Assembly: GCA_002269645.1 (NCBI GenBank)
Contig: NIVC01000354.1
Location: 1-45,701, forward strand
Source of the DNA: Macrostomum lignano
Lineage: Eukaryota
Length of the DNA stretch: 45,701 nucleotides
Reading direction: 5' to 3'
Shown: in pieces, positions 45,357-45,701 of the stretch
Position numbering within the stretch: position 1 is the first letter of the stretch
How the letters are laid out: each line of letters begins with the position of its first letter
Made by a program: the position numbers and the translations under genes
The notes under the pieces: generated by a model
Told to the model about the DNA's origin: nothing
Database searches by the model: none
Seen by the model: only the letters and a program-made list of their open reading frames with translations

Positions 45357-45701
45357 GGTATCTGAGGTATCTGGGGTATCTGCGGTATCTGGGGTAACTG
45401 GAGTATCTGAGTATCTGGGTATCTGGGGTGACTGGGGTATCTGAGGTATCTGGGGTATCTGGGGTATCTGGGGTGAGACTGGGTATCTGGGGGTATCTGG
45501 GGTGACTGAGGTATCTGAGTATCTGGGTATCTGGGTAACTGGAGTATCTGGTTTGGACTCGAGGGGTATCTGGGGGTGATGGGCGTAATCTGAGGTATCG
45601 GGTATCTGGTTCTGGGTGACTGGGGTAACTGGGAGTATCTGGGGTATCTGGGGTATCTGGGGTGACTGGGGTATCTGGGTGACTGGGGTATCTGAGGTAT
45701 C
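45357..45701. repeat. 9-bp-based repeat (GGGGTATCT / GGGGTGACT / GAGGTATCT)n, running off the window end, in an SLC6 intron
   Basis: Direct tandem array with variable G-run lengths. Confidence 0.92.

Overview
Animal (metazoan) genomic DNA with spliceosomal introns and many private minisatellites. The style and the transporter motifs suggest a free-living flatworm such as Macrostomum (inference only). Three minus-strand genes lie in tandem. (1) The 3' five exons of an SLC6 monoamine, probably SERT-like, transporter (45231->41358); five 1-nt deletions break its frame and look like long-read errors. (2) A Kir inward-rectifier K+ channel (about 448 aa, 39333->31923) with a 5'-truncated Ty3/gypsy fragment inserted antisense in an intron; a 366-bp hAT-type MITE lies just past its stop. 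(3) The main discovery: four separate ORF fragments over 23 kb (26781->3751) splice through three phase-0 GT-AG introns into one ~1,057-aa protein with an intact BED zinc finger, a ~350-aa polyQ/low-complexity linker and a full hAT transposase fold. Its DDE positions appear to read E/N/Q. It looks like a catalytically dead, domesticated hAT transposase (ZBED/DREF-like factor). One 1-nt frameshift near 4230 must be corrected for this model. Homology calls come from motif recognition by eye and from memory; no database search was run.
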